DNA from: Chiloscyllium plagiosum
Lineage: Eukaryota
Length of the DNA: 64,000 bases
Direction of reading: 5' to 3'
Assembly (NCBI RefSeq): GCF_004010195.1
Contig: NC_057719.1
Coordinates: 87,257,317 to 87,321,316, forward strand
Shown: positions 62,432 through 64,000 of the stretch, in pieces
How the letters are laid out: the number at the start of each line of letters is the position of its first letter
Position numbering within the stretch: position 1 is the first letter of the stretch
The notes under the pieces: generated by a model
Seen by the model: only the letters and a program-made list of their open reading frames with translations
The model's database searches: none
Told to the model about the DNA's origin: nothing
Translations under genes and position numbers: made by a program

Positions 62432-62628
62432 GAATTTAGAATCCCTACAGGGTGGAAACAAGCCCTTTGGCTCAACTCTCGGAACAATAATCCATCCAGA
62501 CCCATACTTCTACCCTGTTATCCCACATTTACCCCTGACTAAATGCACCTAACCTACACACCCCTGAACACAATGGGCAATTTAGCTTGGCCAATTCACC
62601 TAACCTGCACATCTTTGGATTGTGGGAC
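62432..62628 (-). mobile_element. Partial HE1 SINE
   Basis: gggcaatttagcttggccaattcacctaacctgcacatctttgga. Confidence 0.8.
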
Positions 62629-62896
62629 TATGAGTGTTCGATTGCAGCATTCCGCAGGTTTTGATAAGATGTTAATTTTTCTGCCCAACAGGTTCAGTTC
62701 TCCTCCAGATTCCCAGATTTTTGTTTTTGTCAAAGGCACAGGGGCTTTGCACATTCTTTGTTTAGTTTCACAGCTGCTGGCAAATGGTGGGAGAGAGGAG
62801 CTGACTGTCTTCTGGGTAGATGCAGTGAGATATAGAGACAGATCCTACTCCTTGTAGGTTGGAAAGTCGCCTGCCCCTTGGTCTTGCGTGTGCACA

Positions 62897-62959
62897 CCCC
62901 GCAATCTGCTCAGCCGCCCCGTGACGCCCCGCAATCTGCTCAGCCGCCCCGTGACGCCC
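62897..62959. repeat. Perfect 30-bp tandem duplication
   Basis: ccccgcaatctgctcagccgccccgtgacg x2. Confidence 0.9.
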
Positions 62960-63291
62960 ACTACTTGTCCATTACTCAATCAGCTACCCATTGCCAGCCA
63001 AATCCTACTCTGTATCCCCCCCCAGTTTGGTGGTGTGCTGCCTTAGCTCATCCCCCCACAGCTTGAACAAATCAATAATGTAGCACAACTCGCAATGAGT
63101 TCCAGTAACTTGATTTTAAAAGGGCAACCCTTGGTTTCAAGAAAGTCCTTTTCCTGTTTAAGATCGCAGTCAGAAAGACAAATAAATAAAAAGCTGCAGA
63201 GCATTACAGAGCTCGCGGATACCTCGCATCTGTCTCTGGAGCTGCCTATATGCCCTCTTCAATAACCCAGTGTTTTCTCTCCCCCCTGCAG

Positions 63292-63396
63292 AAAATGGCG
63301 TGATTCGCTCACAGCGAGTGTTTGATGCTATGATGGCTACAGACCGGGGACTGTATTGCAGAACTAATCCGTACGCGGATTCTCCACAGTCTATTG
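63292..63396 (+). CDS. pcmtl: Protein-L-isoaspartate O-methyltransferase-like, second coding exon (105 nt)
   Basis: Acceptor ttttctctcccccctgcAG, donor GTGAGT (63397), phase 1/1; (K)[34 protein letters not shown](G) matches recalled PCMT1 KNGIIKTDKVFEVMLATDRSHYAKCNPYMDSPQSIG. Not present in the ORF track. Confidence 0.92.
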
Positions 63397-63722
63397 GTGA
63401 GTTTACCTCTGCTTCATAAAGCCCAACTCTTCTTCCAGCAAGTGTTTTCGGGGGGGGGGTGGAAGGGGAGGTTGGGGAGGTGTCAGGAGGTCCTGAATTT
63501 GATGGCTGAGGGTTGAAGTTGGGATTTGACCAGTGCTTAGGTAGGATTTGAGTTGAAGAGCTGACCCTAAACATAATGTCCACAAGACTGATCTGAGGTT
63601 GGAGCTCCCTATTCCTGGAGATCCTTGCTTTGCAGCGTTGTGTGCGTTAGGTTGTTCAGGACTGGACTCTCAAGTATCCTTCACCAGATCTGACATTCAC
63701 TAATGTGGGTAAGATATCAGCA

Positions 63723-63849
63723 GGGTTTACCACGCATGGAAGGGTAACCCAGCGGGGTTTACCACGCATGGAAGGGTAACCCAGCGGGGTTTACCATGCA
63801 TGGAAGGGTAACCCAGCGGGGTTTACCACGCATGGAAGGGTAACCCAGC
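63723..63849. repeat. 32-bp tandem repeat x4 (gggtttaccacgcatggaagggtaacccagcg)
   Basis: Four near-identical units with no spacers. Confidence 0.92.
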
Positions 63850-63915
63850 AGGAGTAAGCCTTTCAACAAGGCGCCGCACGTGTTCAGTCGGGCTTCTGGT
63901 GCAGTGTTAACATGG

Positions 63916-64000
63916 AATCCCAGTGTGGAAACAGGCATTTGGCTTTTTGAGTCCATGCCGACCCTCCGAAGAGCATCCCACCCAGACCCACACCCTGACC
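63916..64000 (-). mobile_element. HE1 SINE 3' end, cut by window edge
   Basis: gaatcccagtgtggaaacagg...accctccgaagagcatcccacccagacc. Confidence 0.75.

Noticed and set aside
63170..63583. 137-aa minus-strand ORF
   Set aside because: Antisense shadow of the pcmtl exon plus low-complexity sequence.
63723..63849. CRISPR-like 32-bp hairpin repeats
   Set aside because: No spacers, no cas genes, eukaryotic intron: a plain tandem repeat.

Overview
Repeat-dense vertebrate genomic DNA, almost certainly from a shark or ray: it carries HE1-type V-SINEs, HER1/CR1 LINEs and Deu-domain SINEs. There are three N gaps (356-406, 6852-7643, 19803-19872). Two spliced protein-coding genes can be reconstructed, head-to-head around a small CpG-rich promoter at ~49.3-49.4 kb. 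CCDC32 lies on the minus strand: three coding exons (48358-48610, 39230-39386, 35972-36107) with consistent splice phases give a 181-aa protein. A protein-L-isoaspartate O-methyltransferase-like gene (pcmtl/PCMT1 paralogue) lies on the plus strand: coding exons 50485/50587-50641 and 63292-63396, continuing beyond the window, with an in-frame hydrophobic N-terminal extension. The rest is mostly transposon debris: CR1, L2, Rex1 and Tx1 LINEs, Penelope-like elements, a decayed Gypsy LTR element, Tc1/pogo MITEs, a Harbinger fragment and minisatellites. The most notable non-genic signal is a family of Penelope-derived ends carrying minimal hammerhead-ribozyme cores (CUGANGA-stem II-GAAAC-GUH). Several occur as stand-alone ~130-bp insertions with target-site duplications or as fold-back structures. 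Gene and family names come from recalled sequence similarity, not a database search; repeat boundaries are approximate.
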